DNA from: Rubripirellula sp.
GTDB lineage: Bacteria > Planctomycetota > Planctomycetia > Pirellulales > Pirellulaceae
Direction of reading: 5' to 3'
Assembly: GCA_965216875.1 (NCBI GenBank)
Contig: OZ244207.1
Location: 5,984,001 to 6,048,000 of the forward strand
DNA length: 64,000 bases
Each line of letters starts with the position of its first letter. Position 1 is the stretch's first letter. The position numbers and the translations under genes are program-made. The notes under the pieces were generated by a model. It saw only the letters and a list, made by a program, of their open reading frames with translations. It was not told where the DNA came from and did not search any database. Positions 1 to 8,704 of this stretch are shown one piece after another.

Positions 1-1
1 T

Positions 2-1237
2 GACCGTCAAGCTGAAGTCGAACAAAACGAAGGAGCAGACGATGGCGGCCCACCACCGATCGCGCCGCCGACCCAATTAGCCCAGTTCGTTGTGGAAAAG
101 GACTTGATCGTCAACGGTTCCGCCCCCGATGCAACTCTCGTTTCGGGTGACTACGAGATCAGCGATGGTGAAGGAACACTGCGACTCGAAAACGGTGTCG
201 AGATCACGATGAGTGCGCCATCCAAGTTTCGCTTGGTCGACGCAATGCGTGTGGAGTGGTTCCTGGGACGAGCTCGCGCCGTCGTGCCGCCTCAAGCGCA
301 TGGCTTTCGCATCATCACCCCTGATGCCGAAGTCGAAGACCTAGGAACCGAATTTGGAATCTCAGTCTCGGAGGACCAATCAAGCGAAGTTCATGTCTTT
401 GCAGGTGAAGTTCGTCTGCATATTGAAGACCAACCACCGCAACGTTTGACCGAAGACATGGCGATTCAACTCGCCGGCGGTGTTCAGCAATCGCTCGCTT
501 CCACATCGGCTGATTCCTTCATCACAAGCAATGAGATCGGCTTTGATCGCTGGCGAGCCTCGAGTGAAGCACTCCGTTCGGATCCATCGACAATCCTCTA
601 CTACAACTTCCAAATGGACCGCGATGACGCGACCAATCTTCCAGACCGAAGCGAACGTGGGTCGGTGAATGCGAAGATCATCGGCGGTATCGAAGCGACG
701 GGTCGTTGGCCAGAGAAGCCCGCATTGCTTCTTGAACGCCCTGGCGATCGCGTTGAGCTTTCGATCCCGGGCGAGTTCGATCAAGTCACATTGATGACCT
801 GGATCCAGGTCAACCGATTTGACCAACCACTGCAAACCCTGTTCAACACCTTTGACTGGGAACCAGGCGAACACCACTTCAACCTGTTGCGCAGCGGAGC
901 GATCCGAGTCGGAATCAAGAGCGACTACGCACTCACTGGAAGCGATCGACCTCTCACGGCGGGACGTTGGACGCAATTGGTCGCCACGATCGATTCAGAC
1001 AAAGCTTCGTATTACATCAACGGCGAATTAGTCTTGGAAACGCAGCGAAATTCTGATTTGCCGATCGTATTTGGTGATTGCTCGATTGGTGCGTTTGGTT
1101 ATACGGGCGCAAACGGGACGATCGCATTCGGCCGAGAACTGCGTGGTCGCATCGACGAATTCGCCCTCTTCTCACGCGCATTTTCCGAAGGCGAGATTCG
1201 TAAGACTTATGCGTTGGGAAGTGGCTTCGGCCTCTAG
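2..1237 (+). CDS. FecR-domain protein with C-terminal LamG/concanavalin A-like domain (5'-truncated by window edge)
   Basis: Frame is open from base 2. FecR-like GFRIITPDAEVEDLGTEFGI..SEVHVFAGEV, then LamG-like GRWTQLVAT..YYING..GRIDEFALFSRAFS. Confidence 0.85.
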   Translation, partial: DRQAEVEQNEGADDGGPPPIAPPTQLAQFVVEKDLIVNGSAPDATLVSGDYEISDGEGTLRLENGVEITMSAPSKFRLVDAMRVEWFLGRARAVVPPQAHGFRIITPDAEVEDLGTEFGISVSEDQSSEVHVFAGEVRLHIEDQPPQRLTEDMAIQLAGGVQQSLASTSADSFITSNEIGFDRWRASSEALRSDPSTILYYNFQMDRDDATNLPDRSERGSVNAKIIGGIEATGRWPEKPALLLERPGDRVELSIPGEFDQVTLMTWIQVNRFDQPLQTLFNTFDWEPGEHHFNLLRSGAIRVGIKSDYALTGSDRPLTAGRWTQLVATIDSDKASYYINGELVLETQRNSDLPIVFGDCSIGAFGYTGANGTIAFGRELRGRIDEFALFSRAFSEGEIRKTYALGSGFGL

Positions 1238-1561
1238 ATGCTTCAAGGATCCCAATACCCTGTTGGTGGCTCGAGTCCTGACGAAGGCTGGAGCGCATGA
1301 AAGTAGTACCGATCTTCTGGTTCACGTAGCTGAATGAGTTTGCCTCCATAATTCAAACCCATGATTGGCACCGCTTCGGAAAGGAAGATCTGAAACAGGC
1401 CTGAACGCTCGTCATACTTCCGATTTGCCAACAGAACCGTTCGACTCTCTACGTCCAAATACCCTGGCCGCGTCCATGTGATGTCTTGGTCGGCAAAGAC
1501 GACTACGATTTTTGAATCGCTCCGGATTCTCTGCCGCCGCAATCGCGTCCCCATCACAGAA

Positions 1562-2056
1562 TCAACAGCGTGAATACGCGACCGGCCCGGCCGCGCACCG
1601 ACTTGGTAGCATCGGCAGCGAGACGTAGTAGTAGATCCCTGCAAGCTCGATGACCAAACGGTAAAAACGACGAAGCGCGCGCGTTCTCCATCTTTTCGCA
1701 TCCAACTGGTCGGTTGCAATTCCGCGCAACGTCAATTCGCTTAACAGCATCCCCAGTAGATAGAGGGTAAAGTAGCTGAAAAGCCAAGCGAGCAGCGTTA
1801 GGAAGATCAGCTGAATGATCGGGAATCCCGATTGCGAGGTCTCCGCGATCGTTGACTCAGCACCTAAGGCGGCTTCCGTTTTTTCAGTTAATCTCGCCAG
1901 CACAACCGCTGGACGGACTGCACCCGTGAGCTCTTGATTCGCTGCAGCCCAGTCATTTGATTCCGTTCCCTGGCAGACGTGCGCCGAAACAAGGAAAAAC
2001 AAGAACGCACAAAGTACCCGCATTGATGCCCTCAGGACCTTTCGCTTCCAAACCAC
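1562..2056 (-). pseudogene. Probable truncated membrane protein resembling the N-terminal part of planctomycete M48-family peptidases
   Basis: Signal-like N-terminus and a TM helix, then LRRFYRLVIELAGIYYYVSLP followed by an abrupt loss of hydrophobicity and a stop. No HExxH. Family resemblance is from recall. Confidence 0.4.
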
Positions 2057-2168
2057 CCATTATAGGTGATTCCAGTGCCCGTCGAAGGTTCACGCTCGGC
2101 CCGACGTGGAAGCCGACTCGAGCAGCAATCTCGCCCGGCACGATCGGCAACGGGTGGAGACTCGACGA

Positions 2169-2196
2169 TTGACAGAAATTTAGCAGTGGCTACACT
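2169..2196 (+). promoter_or_regulatory. Sigma70-type promoter of the metal ABC operon
   Basis: TTGACA (2169-2174), 16-nt spacer, TACACT (2191-2196), about 260 nt upstream of troA. Confidence 0.65.
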
Positions 2197-2198
2197 TT
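2176..2198. promoter_or_regulatory. DtxR/MntR-family operator-like palindrome
   Basis: AAATTTAGC-AGTG-GCTACACTTT with a TAGC-N4-GCTA core. It overlaps the promoter spacer and -10 and matches the TTTAG-N6-CTAAA pattern with one mismatch. Confidence 0.6.
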
Positions 2199-2293
2199 CG
2201 TCAGCAAGCGGGCCTTTTTGGTTGGCCCGTTTGGACGGTCGATTTGGACGGCCATCCACTCGCGATTGCTTTTTTCGGTCGAGTTTAGAAAGA

Positions 2294-2355
2294 GTCGCCT
2301 TTTGCTCCGCAAAAGATGCGTTTGTGGACGCTACTTTCGCGGAGCGAAAGGCGAC
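2294..2355. repeat. REP-like inverted pair (GTCGCCTTTCGCTCCGCGAAAG family)
   Basis: GTCGCCTTTTGCTCCGCAAAAG (2294-2315) against CTTTCGCGGAGCGAAAGGCGAC (2334-2355): 22-bp arms with 2 mismatches. Confidence 0.85.
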
Positions 2356-2453
2356 ATGAAGAAACTCACACCCAACGAAACGACGGCGCGGAACCAAGCC
2401 TTTTGTTTCGTGATCACCACGAGCCCCTTCTTTGCCACTGTGTGGAGCACTCT

Positions 2454-3446
2454 ATGAGAAGCCTGTTGTCGCTGTTGGCCGTGATGGCATGCGTCGCGGG
2501 ATGCACGTCTTCCTCGTCAACCACTCCACCCACGGCCGAGTTTGCCGGTGACCGCCCAGTGAAGATCGTGGCAACGATCGGCATGGTCGCGGATGTTGTC
2601 CGTGAAGTGGGCGGCGAGCATGTCGACGTGTCTCAGATCTGTGGCCCCGGCGTTGACCCGCACCTCTATAAAGCGACGCGTGACGATGTCGCGTCACTGA
2701 TGTCAGCCGACATGATCTTCTACTCGGGATTGATGCTCGAGGGAAAGATGACGGACACGCTGATCAAAATGGCTCGATCGCGACCCGTCGTTGCCGTCAC
2801 CGAATCGATCGACGAATCATTGCTTCTTGAACCCGAAGACTTTGAAGGCCATTACGACCCTCACGTTTGGATGGACGTCTCAGCGTGGTCGCAATGCGTC
2901 GACGCGATTTCATCAGCGTTGTCGGAATTCGATCCAACGCATGCGTCCGTCTACGAAACAAACGCGCAAGGCTATAAAGAACAACTCGAGAAGCTGCACC
3001 AATACGGCGTTGATTCGATTGGATCGATCCCCGAAGGCAGCCGAGTCTTGGTCACTTCCCACGATGCATTCAACTATCTCGGGCGCGCCTACGGGCTCGA
3101 TGTCCAAGGCGTTCAGGGGATCTCGACGGAATCCGAGGCCGGTCTGCAGCGCGTCAGCGAACTTGTCGATATGCTGGTTGAGAAGAATGTGAAAGCGGTC
3201 TTTATCGAGAGCAGCGTACCACGCAAAAGCATCGACTCACTGATCGAAGGTGCCAAGGCAAAGGGGCACGACGTTTCAATTGGCGGCGAGCTATTCTCGG
3301 ACGCGATGGGAGCGGACGGCACTTACGAAGGGACTTACATCGGGATGCTTGACCACAACATCACGACCGTTGCGAAAGCCCTTGGCGGCGAAGCACCGCA
3401 AGAAGGTCTTGGCGGCAAGCTGACCGGTGAACACCACAGTGAGTAG
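2454..3446 (+). CDS. troA: Mn/Zn/Fe ABC transporter substrate-binding lipoprotein (TroA/ZnuA family)
   Basis: Lipobox VAGC after ATG 2454; GPGVDPHLY, YDPHVW, TSHDAFNY and LFSDAMG metal-ligand motifs. Confidence 0.95.
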   Translation: MRSLLSLLAVMACVAGCTSSSSTTPPTAEFAGDRPVKIVATIGMVADVVREVGGEHVDVSQICGPGVDPHLYKATRDDVASLMSADMIFYSGLMLEGKMTDTLIKMARSRPVVAVTESIDESLLLEPEDFEGHYDPHVWMDVSAWSQCVDAISSALSEFDPTHASVYETNAQGYKEQLEKLHQYGVDSIGSIPEGSRVLVTSHDAFNYLGRAYGLDVQGVQGISTESEAGLQRVSELVDMLVEKNVKAVFIESSVPRKSIDSLIEGAKAKGHDVSIGGELFSDAMGADGTYEGTYIGMLDHNITTVAKALGGEAPQEGLGGKLTGEHHSE

Positions 3447-3483
3447 AGCCTGAAAGACGAGTCGGCGAGGGGAATTTCGAAAA

Positions 3484-4269
3484 GTGAATGATCAAGTCGC
3501 AAAGTATCAGCGAGCCGAGATTCCCCTTTCCGTCTATGACCTGACGGTTGCCTACGATCGCAAGCCGGTCGTCTGGGACGTTGGGTTCGACATTCCGGCC
3601 GGATCGTTGGTTGGCATTGTCGGCCCCAACGGTGCGGGAAAGAGCACACTCCTTAAGGCTGTAATGGACCTGATTCCGCGCGCGTCAGGTCGCGTCGAGG
3701 TTTTTGGCCAGCCCTATCGTTCGTGCCGCAATCGCGTCGGTTACGTTCCCCAACGAGAAAGTGTCGACTGGGACTTTCCCGTCGACGCACTTGATGTCGT
3801 CACGATGGGACTCTATCGCGAAATCGGTTGGTGCTTTCCCGTTCGCAAGAAGCACAAAGACAAGGCAATGGAGGCACTCGACCGCGTTGGTATCGCGGAC
3901 TTAGCCTTTCGCCAAATCAGCAAGCTCTCCGGTGGCCAACAACAACGCACTTTCCTTGCCCGTGCACTCGTACAGGACGCCGACCTGTACTTGATGGACG
4001 AACCCTTCGCCGCCGTTGACGCCGCGACAGAGCGAGCGATCGTCGAACTGCTTTCGGACATGAAGCAGCACGGCAAGACAGCAGTCGTGATTCATCACGA
4101 TTTGCAAACCGTTCCCGAATACTTTGACTACGTCGTGTTGTTGAACATGCGCGTCGTCGCCCATGGGCCTGTCGCCGAGACGTTCACGCAAGAGAATTTG
4201 CAAAAGACTTATGGTGGACGGCTGACGCTCCTCGATGAAGTCGCTCATGCGATGGAGCGTTCGATATGA
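3484..4269 (+). CDS. troB: Metal ABC transporter ATP-binding protein
   Basis: [29 protein letters not shown]. Confidence 0.95.
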   Translation: MNDQVAKYQRAEIPLSVYDLTVAYDRKPVVWDVGFDIPAGSLVGIVGPNGAGKSTLLKAVMDLIPRASGRVEVFGQPYRSCRNRVGYVPQRESVDWDFPVDALDVVTMGLYREIGWCFPVRKKHKDKAMEALDRVGIADLAFRQISKLSGGQQQRTFLARALVQDADLYLMDEPFAAVDAATERAIVELLSDMKQHGKTAVVIHHDLQTVPEYFDYVVLLNMRVVAHGPVAETFTQENLQKTYGGRLTLLDEVAHAMERSI

Positions 4270-5831
4270 TTCGCTTCGGCGAGTTGCCTGTTCGTTGCCT
4301 GCGTCACCTGTATCGCTCGCTAGCGATTCAGATTGCGATGGCGGCGCTCCTTTGCTTGGCGGTTCCCTCGACAGGCGCCGCTGCTCCACCTTCCCATGGA
4401 TCCGACCACGCGATTCATGGCAACCGGTCGATCGCGGGCCGGTCGGCCGAACTGCCAACATGGGCCGAGCTTGTGCGTGTCCTGTCGTTGCGTGATTACA
4501 ACGTGCGTATTGTGGTGCTCGGCACCACATTGCTCGGCTGTGCGGCAGGAATGGTCGGCAGCTTCACGCTGTTGCGACGTCGAGCTTTGATGGGCGACGC
4601 GTTGAGTCACGCGACACTTCCCGGGATCGTGATCGCCTTCATCGCTGCAACGCAATTGGGCTACGACGGCAAGTCAATGATTGTGTTGCTGTCGGGGGCG
4701 ACCGTGTCGGGATTGATTGGCGTCGCCACCATCTTGGCGATTGGCCGATTGACTCGTTTGAAAGAAGACACCGCCCTCGGTGCGGTGTTGAGCGTTTTTT
4801 TTGGTGCCGGCGTTGCCCTGCTGGCAATCAGCCAGCAAATGGAAAGCGGACATTCAGCCGGCCTTGAGTCCTATATCTACGGCAAGACCGCGTCGATGGG
4901 GATGGCCGACACCCAGATGATTGCCGGTGCCGCTGGGATCTGCATTGTTTCGTGCTTGCTGCTGTTCAAAGAACTGAAGCTGCTCTGTTTTGATGACGCG
5001 TTCGCGGGCTCGCGTGGATTCCCCGTCACACGGTTGGACATGACCCTCATGGCGATGGTCGTGATCGTGACAATCGTTGGCCTGCAAGCAGTCGGGTTGA
5101 TCCTGATGATCGCGCTGCTGATCATCCCCGCAGCATCGGCCCGCTTTTGGACCGAAAGACTGAGTCGCATGTTCTTCATTTCCGGGAGCATCGGCGCCGT
5201 CAGCGGATTACTTGGGGCCGGTATGAGCGCGCTCTTTTCGCGATTGCCTTCAGGCGCGATGATCGTGCTCGTTTGCACGACGATGTTCATCATCAGTCTG
5301 ATCTTTGGATCGGCACGTGGAGTGCTCGTTCGTGCTCGCAAACGCTTGCAACTGAACCGATCCGTCGACCGGCAACACTTGCTGCGCGCCCTGTACGAAC
5401 TGCTGGAACAAGCGTTTCCCAAAAGTGAGTCAGCGGATCGTAAGAAAAAGCCCTCGGTCAGCCTCGACGCGTTGCTGCGGAAACGCAGTTGGACAAAAAA
5501 CCGATTGCTGCGTGAGGTGCGGCGGTGCCAGTCGGATGAACTGGTCGAATGGCGCGGAGATCGTCTGCGATTGACGCGGCGCGGCAAGACCGAAGCGGCA
5601 CGGTTGACGAGACAGCACCGACTTTGGGAACTCTACTTGATCACTTACGCCGAGATTGCACCAAGTCGAGTCGATCGCGCGGCCGATGACATCGAACACG
5701 TGCTTGAACCGGAAATCATCGATGAACTGGAATCGTTGCTTGCACGCGAACAAGCCTCGGTTCCCGAGAGCCCTCATGAATTGGAACGTCCCTCGGAAAC
5801 GGCCACCGAAACGCCGGGAGGTGATGGTTGA
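4266..5831 (+). CDS. troC: Metal ABC permease (ABC-3) fused to a C-terminal DtxR-like domain
   Basis: [29 protein letters not shown]-terminal [22 protein letters not shown]. Confidence 0.92.
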   Translation: MIRFGELPVRCLRHLYRSLAIQIAMAALLCLAVPSTGAAAPPSHGSDHAIHGNRSIAGRSAELPTWAELVRVLSLRDYNVRIVVLGTTLLGCAAGMVGSFTLLRRRALMGDALSHATLPGIVIAFIAATQLGYDGKSMIVLLSGATVSGLIGVATILAIGRLTRLKEDTALGAVLSVFFGAGVALLAISQQMESGHSAGLESYIYGKTASMGMADTQMIAGAAGICIVSCLLLFKELKLLCFDDAFAGSRGFPVTRLDMTLMAMVVIVTIVGLQAVGLILMIALLIIPAASARFWTERLSRMFFISGSIGAVSGLLGAGMSALFSRLPSGAMIVLVCTTMFIISLIFGSARGVLVRARKRLQLNRSVDRQHLLRALYELLEQAFPKSESADRKKKPSVSLDALLRKRSWTKNRLLREVRRCQSDELVEWRGDRLRLTRRGKTEAARLTRQHRLWELYLITYAEIAPSRVDRAADDIEHVLEPEIIDELESLLAREQASVPESPHELERPSETATETPGGDG

Positions 5832-7150
5832 TGTCTGAGTGGGACTGGTCTCTCGACGGTTGGATCGTTGCCGCGGGCGTACTGTGCGCCGTCTCCGCTG
5901 CGTTGCTTGGCAACTTCCTGGTCTTGCGTCGCATGAGCATGCTTGGGGATGCGATCACGCACGCGGTCTTGCCTGGCCTAGCGGTCGCATTCTTCATCAC
6001 CGAATCCCGAAGCAGCTTTCCGATGTTCTTGGGAGCGGTCCTCGTCGGTGTCCTCACAGCTCTTTTTACGGAATGGATTCGCCGCTACGGCCGCGTCGAT
6101 GAAGGCGCCTCGATGGGTGTCGTCTTCACTTCGCTCTTTGCGCTTGGCTTGGTCATGATCGTCCAAGCGGCAGATCATGTTCACCTTGACGCCGACTGCG
6201 TGCTCTATGGTGCCCTCGAACTCACGCCGATCGACATGTCAAGCTTCATGGGGCGTGATGTGCCGCGAGCCGTCCTAGTCTTGGGAGCGGTCACGATCAT
6301 CAATGCCCTGTTCGTCACGCTTTTTTTCAAAGAGTTGAAGATCAGCTCCTTTGATCCGTCACTGGCAACAACCACCGGCTTCAACGCCAATGTGATGCAC
6401 TACCTGTTGATGGTTTTGGTCGCCATCACTGCAGTCGCGAGTTTCGAAAGCGTCGGGAACATCTTGGTTGTCGCCATGTTCATCGCGCCACCCGCTGCCG
6501 CCTACATGCTGACCGATCGACTCGGTCATATGATCGTGATTAGCGTCATCCTGGCGGTCGTTTCGGCGGTCTTTGGACATGTTGCCGCGCTCGAAGTCCC
6601 CACCTGGTTCGGATTCGAAAGCACGACCACCTCAGGGATGATGGCCGTTGTCTCTGGTATTGTGCTGCTGATGTGTGTTTTGCTCGGACCGCGACACGGT
6701 ATTTTGACCCGCTTGGCGCGACGCAAATTCCTTTCGCTACGAATCCTTGCCGACGACATAGTTGCGTTGCTGTACCGTCTACAGGAACGCGATGGAATCG
6801 CCGACGCAGAAACCGCATCCGTTCAATCGACGCTGCTCGCAAGCCCTCTGCCGTTTCAGGTCGCGCTGCGGTGGTTGCGTCGGAATGACTTGATCGAAGC
6901 CGAGGACGGCTCGTTGCGGCTAACCAAAGACGGACAAAAAGTCGGCAAAGAACTTGTGCGTTCTCATCGACTTTGGGAACAGTACCTATCGTCCCATGCC
7001 CATATTGATCCGAGTCGATTGCATGACAAAGCGGAACGGTTCGAGCACTTTACCGATCGAAACCTGAGAGATGAATTGGATGCGGCAACGGACGGTCCTG
7101 GCGTTGACCCGCACGGCACAAAAATCCCGCCCGAAGAAAACGATTCCTAA
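5828..7150 (+). CDS. troD: Metal ABC permease (ABC-3) fused to a C-terminal DtxR-like domain
   Basis: LRRMSMLGDAITHAVLPG, FKELKISSFD; C-terminal LTKDG..HRLWEQYL..LHDKAERFEH..DPHGTKIP. Confidence 0.92.
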   Translation: MMSEWDWSLDGWIVAAGVLCAVSAALLGNFLVLRRMSMLGDAITHAVLPGLAVAFFITESRSSFPMFLGAVLVGVLTALFTEWIRRYGRVDEGASMGVVFTSLFALGLVMIVQAADHVHLDADCVLYGALELTPIDMSSFMGRDVPRAVLVLGAVTIINALFVTLFFKELKISSFDPSLATTTGFNANVMHYLLMVLVAITAVASFESVGNILVVAMFIAPPAAAYMLTDRLGHMIVISVILAVVSAVFGHVAALEVPTWFGFESTTTSGMMAVVSGIVLLMCVLLGPRHGILTRLARRKFLSLRILADDIVALLYRLQERDGIADAETASVQSTLLASPLPFQVALRWLRRNDLIEAEDGSLRLTKDGQKVGKELVRSHRLWEQYLSSHAHIDPSRLHDKAERFEHFTDRNLRDELDAATDGPGVDPHGTKIPPEENDS

Positions 7151-7162
7151 GGTGCTCGTCCC

Positions 7163-7525
7163 ATGAGAACTGTCGCCATCATTGGTGCAAGCGAGAAACC
7201 CGAGCGTGCATCGAACTCAGCATGTCGCCTGCTGATCGAACACGGGCATGCAGCGATTGCCATTTCGCCTCATGGTCGCGACATCCATGGTGCACAAGGG
7301 GCAACCTCCTACGCCGATCTTGAGCAACCGATTGACACCGTCACCCTTTACATCGGCCCGGCGCGTCAGTCCGACATCATTGATCAACTCATCGCCGCAC
7401 CCCCAAAGCGTGTCATCTTTAATCCAGGCACGGAATCCGATGAGAGCCAATCGCGACTTGAGGATGCGAACATCGAAGTCATTGTCGCCTGCACGTTGGT
7501 GATGCTGCAGTTGAATCAATTCTGA
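7163..7525 (+). CDS. CoA-binding protein (YccU-like)
   Basis: VAIIGASEKPERAS, IDTVTLY, VIFNPGTE, ACTLVML. Confidence 0.9.
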   Translation: MRTVAIIGASEKPERASNSACRLLIEHGHAAIAISPHGRDIHGAQGATSYADLEQPIDTVTLYIGPARQSDIIDQLIAAPPKRVIFNPGTESDESQSRLEDANIEVIVACTLVMLQLNQF

Positions 7526-7561
7526 AACTCGGTGTGCCACTCAAAGAAGCTGGAGTTCTTT

Positions 7562-7688
7562 GTGAGCCGAACGCGCTAGCGTCGGGCCCTGCTTGGAACG
7601 TAGCTACGCTCGCCAGAGCGTGGTGATTGTGGCTATCGGTCAACCGATGGGAACCACCTTCTGGCGAAGGTAGCTACAGCGTCGGGCC
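7562..7688. repeat. REP mosaic: GTGAGCCG-type half element plus GTAGCTAC inverted pair
   Basis: GTGAGCCGAACGCGCTAGCGTCGGGCC at 7562; GTAGCTACGCTCGCCAGAGCGTGGT (7600) pairs with ACCACCTTCTGGCGAAGGTAGCTAC (ends 7677); AGCGTCGGGCC occurs at both 7578 and 7678. Confidence 0.85.
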
Positions 7689-7828
7689 TTTCTGGACGTC
7701 TTGCCGCACACCAAGGTCATGCCGGATTTCAATTAGTAAATCTGCGAGTTTGGGCGAAGAGCTCGCGTCAAACGGGCTCTGGTTTCCTTGGACCCCAAAG
7801 AACACGCCCCAGCGGAACGACTCCTATC

Positions 7829-8530
7829 ATGACCGACTCGCGCAGCATCAAAAAACCTCTTCTGTATGCGTTGATCGCCTCGGTGATCCTCGGTGCCACC
7901 CTCGGGATCATTTTCGTGCTTCGCAACACTTGGGGTTGGTTCGAAGTTCGCGTGATGCTGACGACCATGATCATCGCAGTGGCCAGTCTTTGCGGGCTTG
8001 CCTGTGACCTTTCCAAGATCCCCTCAGGACTCAACCTGCTTCCGCGAGCCGGGCTCGCTTTGACGGCGATCACATCCTGTCTCTTCCTGGTCGGGATCTG
8101 GATCGAAATTGACAGCGAGTTCTACTGGAGAGGATCGGCGACGCTTTGCACCTTTGCGTTAGCCACCGTGCACGTCAGCCTGCTTTCGATCGCGCGACTT
8201 GTTGGCAAATTCCGCTGGGTCTCGTTCATTGGCAACCAAATTGTCTACGGACTGGCAGTGCTTGTTTCAATCACCATCCTTGGCGAGGTCGACTCGGGCG
8301 CGATGTGGCGTTTTATCGCAGCGCTCTCGATCGTCGTCGCAGCGATCACGCTGGTGATCCCGATCCTATACCGCATCGGCCGAATTGACTCGAGCAGCCC
8401 CGAAACAATGATGCCACTCGAACAGCGAAACGTTGCGTCGATTGATGAAGAGATCGTACGCCTCAAGGAACAAATCGTGAGGCTCGAAGAACTCAAGGCC
8501 AGGCTCTTGTCCCCTTCCGCCACTGGCTAG
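7829..8530 (+). CDS. Hypothetical multi-pass membrane protein with C-terminal coiled coil
   Basis: 233 aa, about 6 hydrophobic segments, tail IDEEIVRLKEQIVRLEELKARL. Confidence 0.8.
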   Translation: MTDSRSIKKPLLYALIASVILGATLGIIFVLRNTWGWFEVRVMLTTMIIAVASLCGLACDLSKIPSGLNLLPRAGLALTAITSCLFLVGIWIEIDSEFYWRGSATLCTFALATVHVSLLSIARLVGKFRWVSFIGNQIVYGLAVLVSITILGEVDSGAMWRFIAALSIVVAAITLVIPILYRIGRIDSSSPETMMPLEQRNVASIDEEIVRLKEQIVRLEELKARLLSPSATG

Positions 8531-8704
8531 CACACCTTGGGCGCTGATTTGATGACAAGCGTTCACGATACGCTGCACACACGAACAGCCCTAAACAACG
8601 GAGCATCCGGAGACAAAACGGTTCAGCAGAGAATTCGCCCACTCTTCTATGGTAGGCCGAGGTTGCCGTCGTTAGGATGCAAATGCATCTACGTTGAACC
8701 CTCC

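Noticed and set aside
2316..2453. N-terminal ORF extensions in the track (also 8537-8704, 50819-50956, 58356-58433, 59153-59599)
   Set aside because: They run through repeats or intergenic DNA; downstream ATGs fit the signal peptides or domain starts better.
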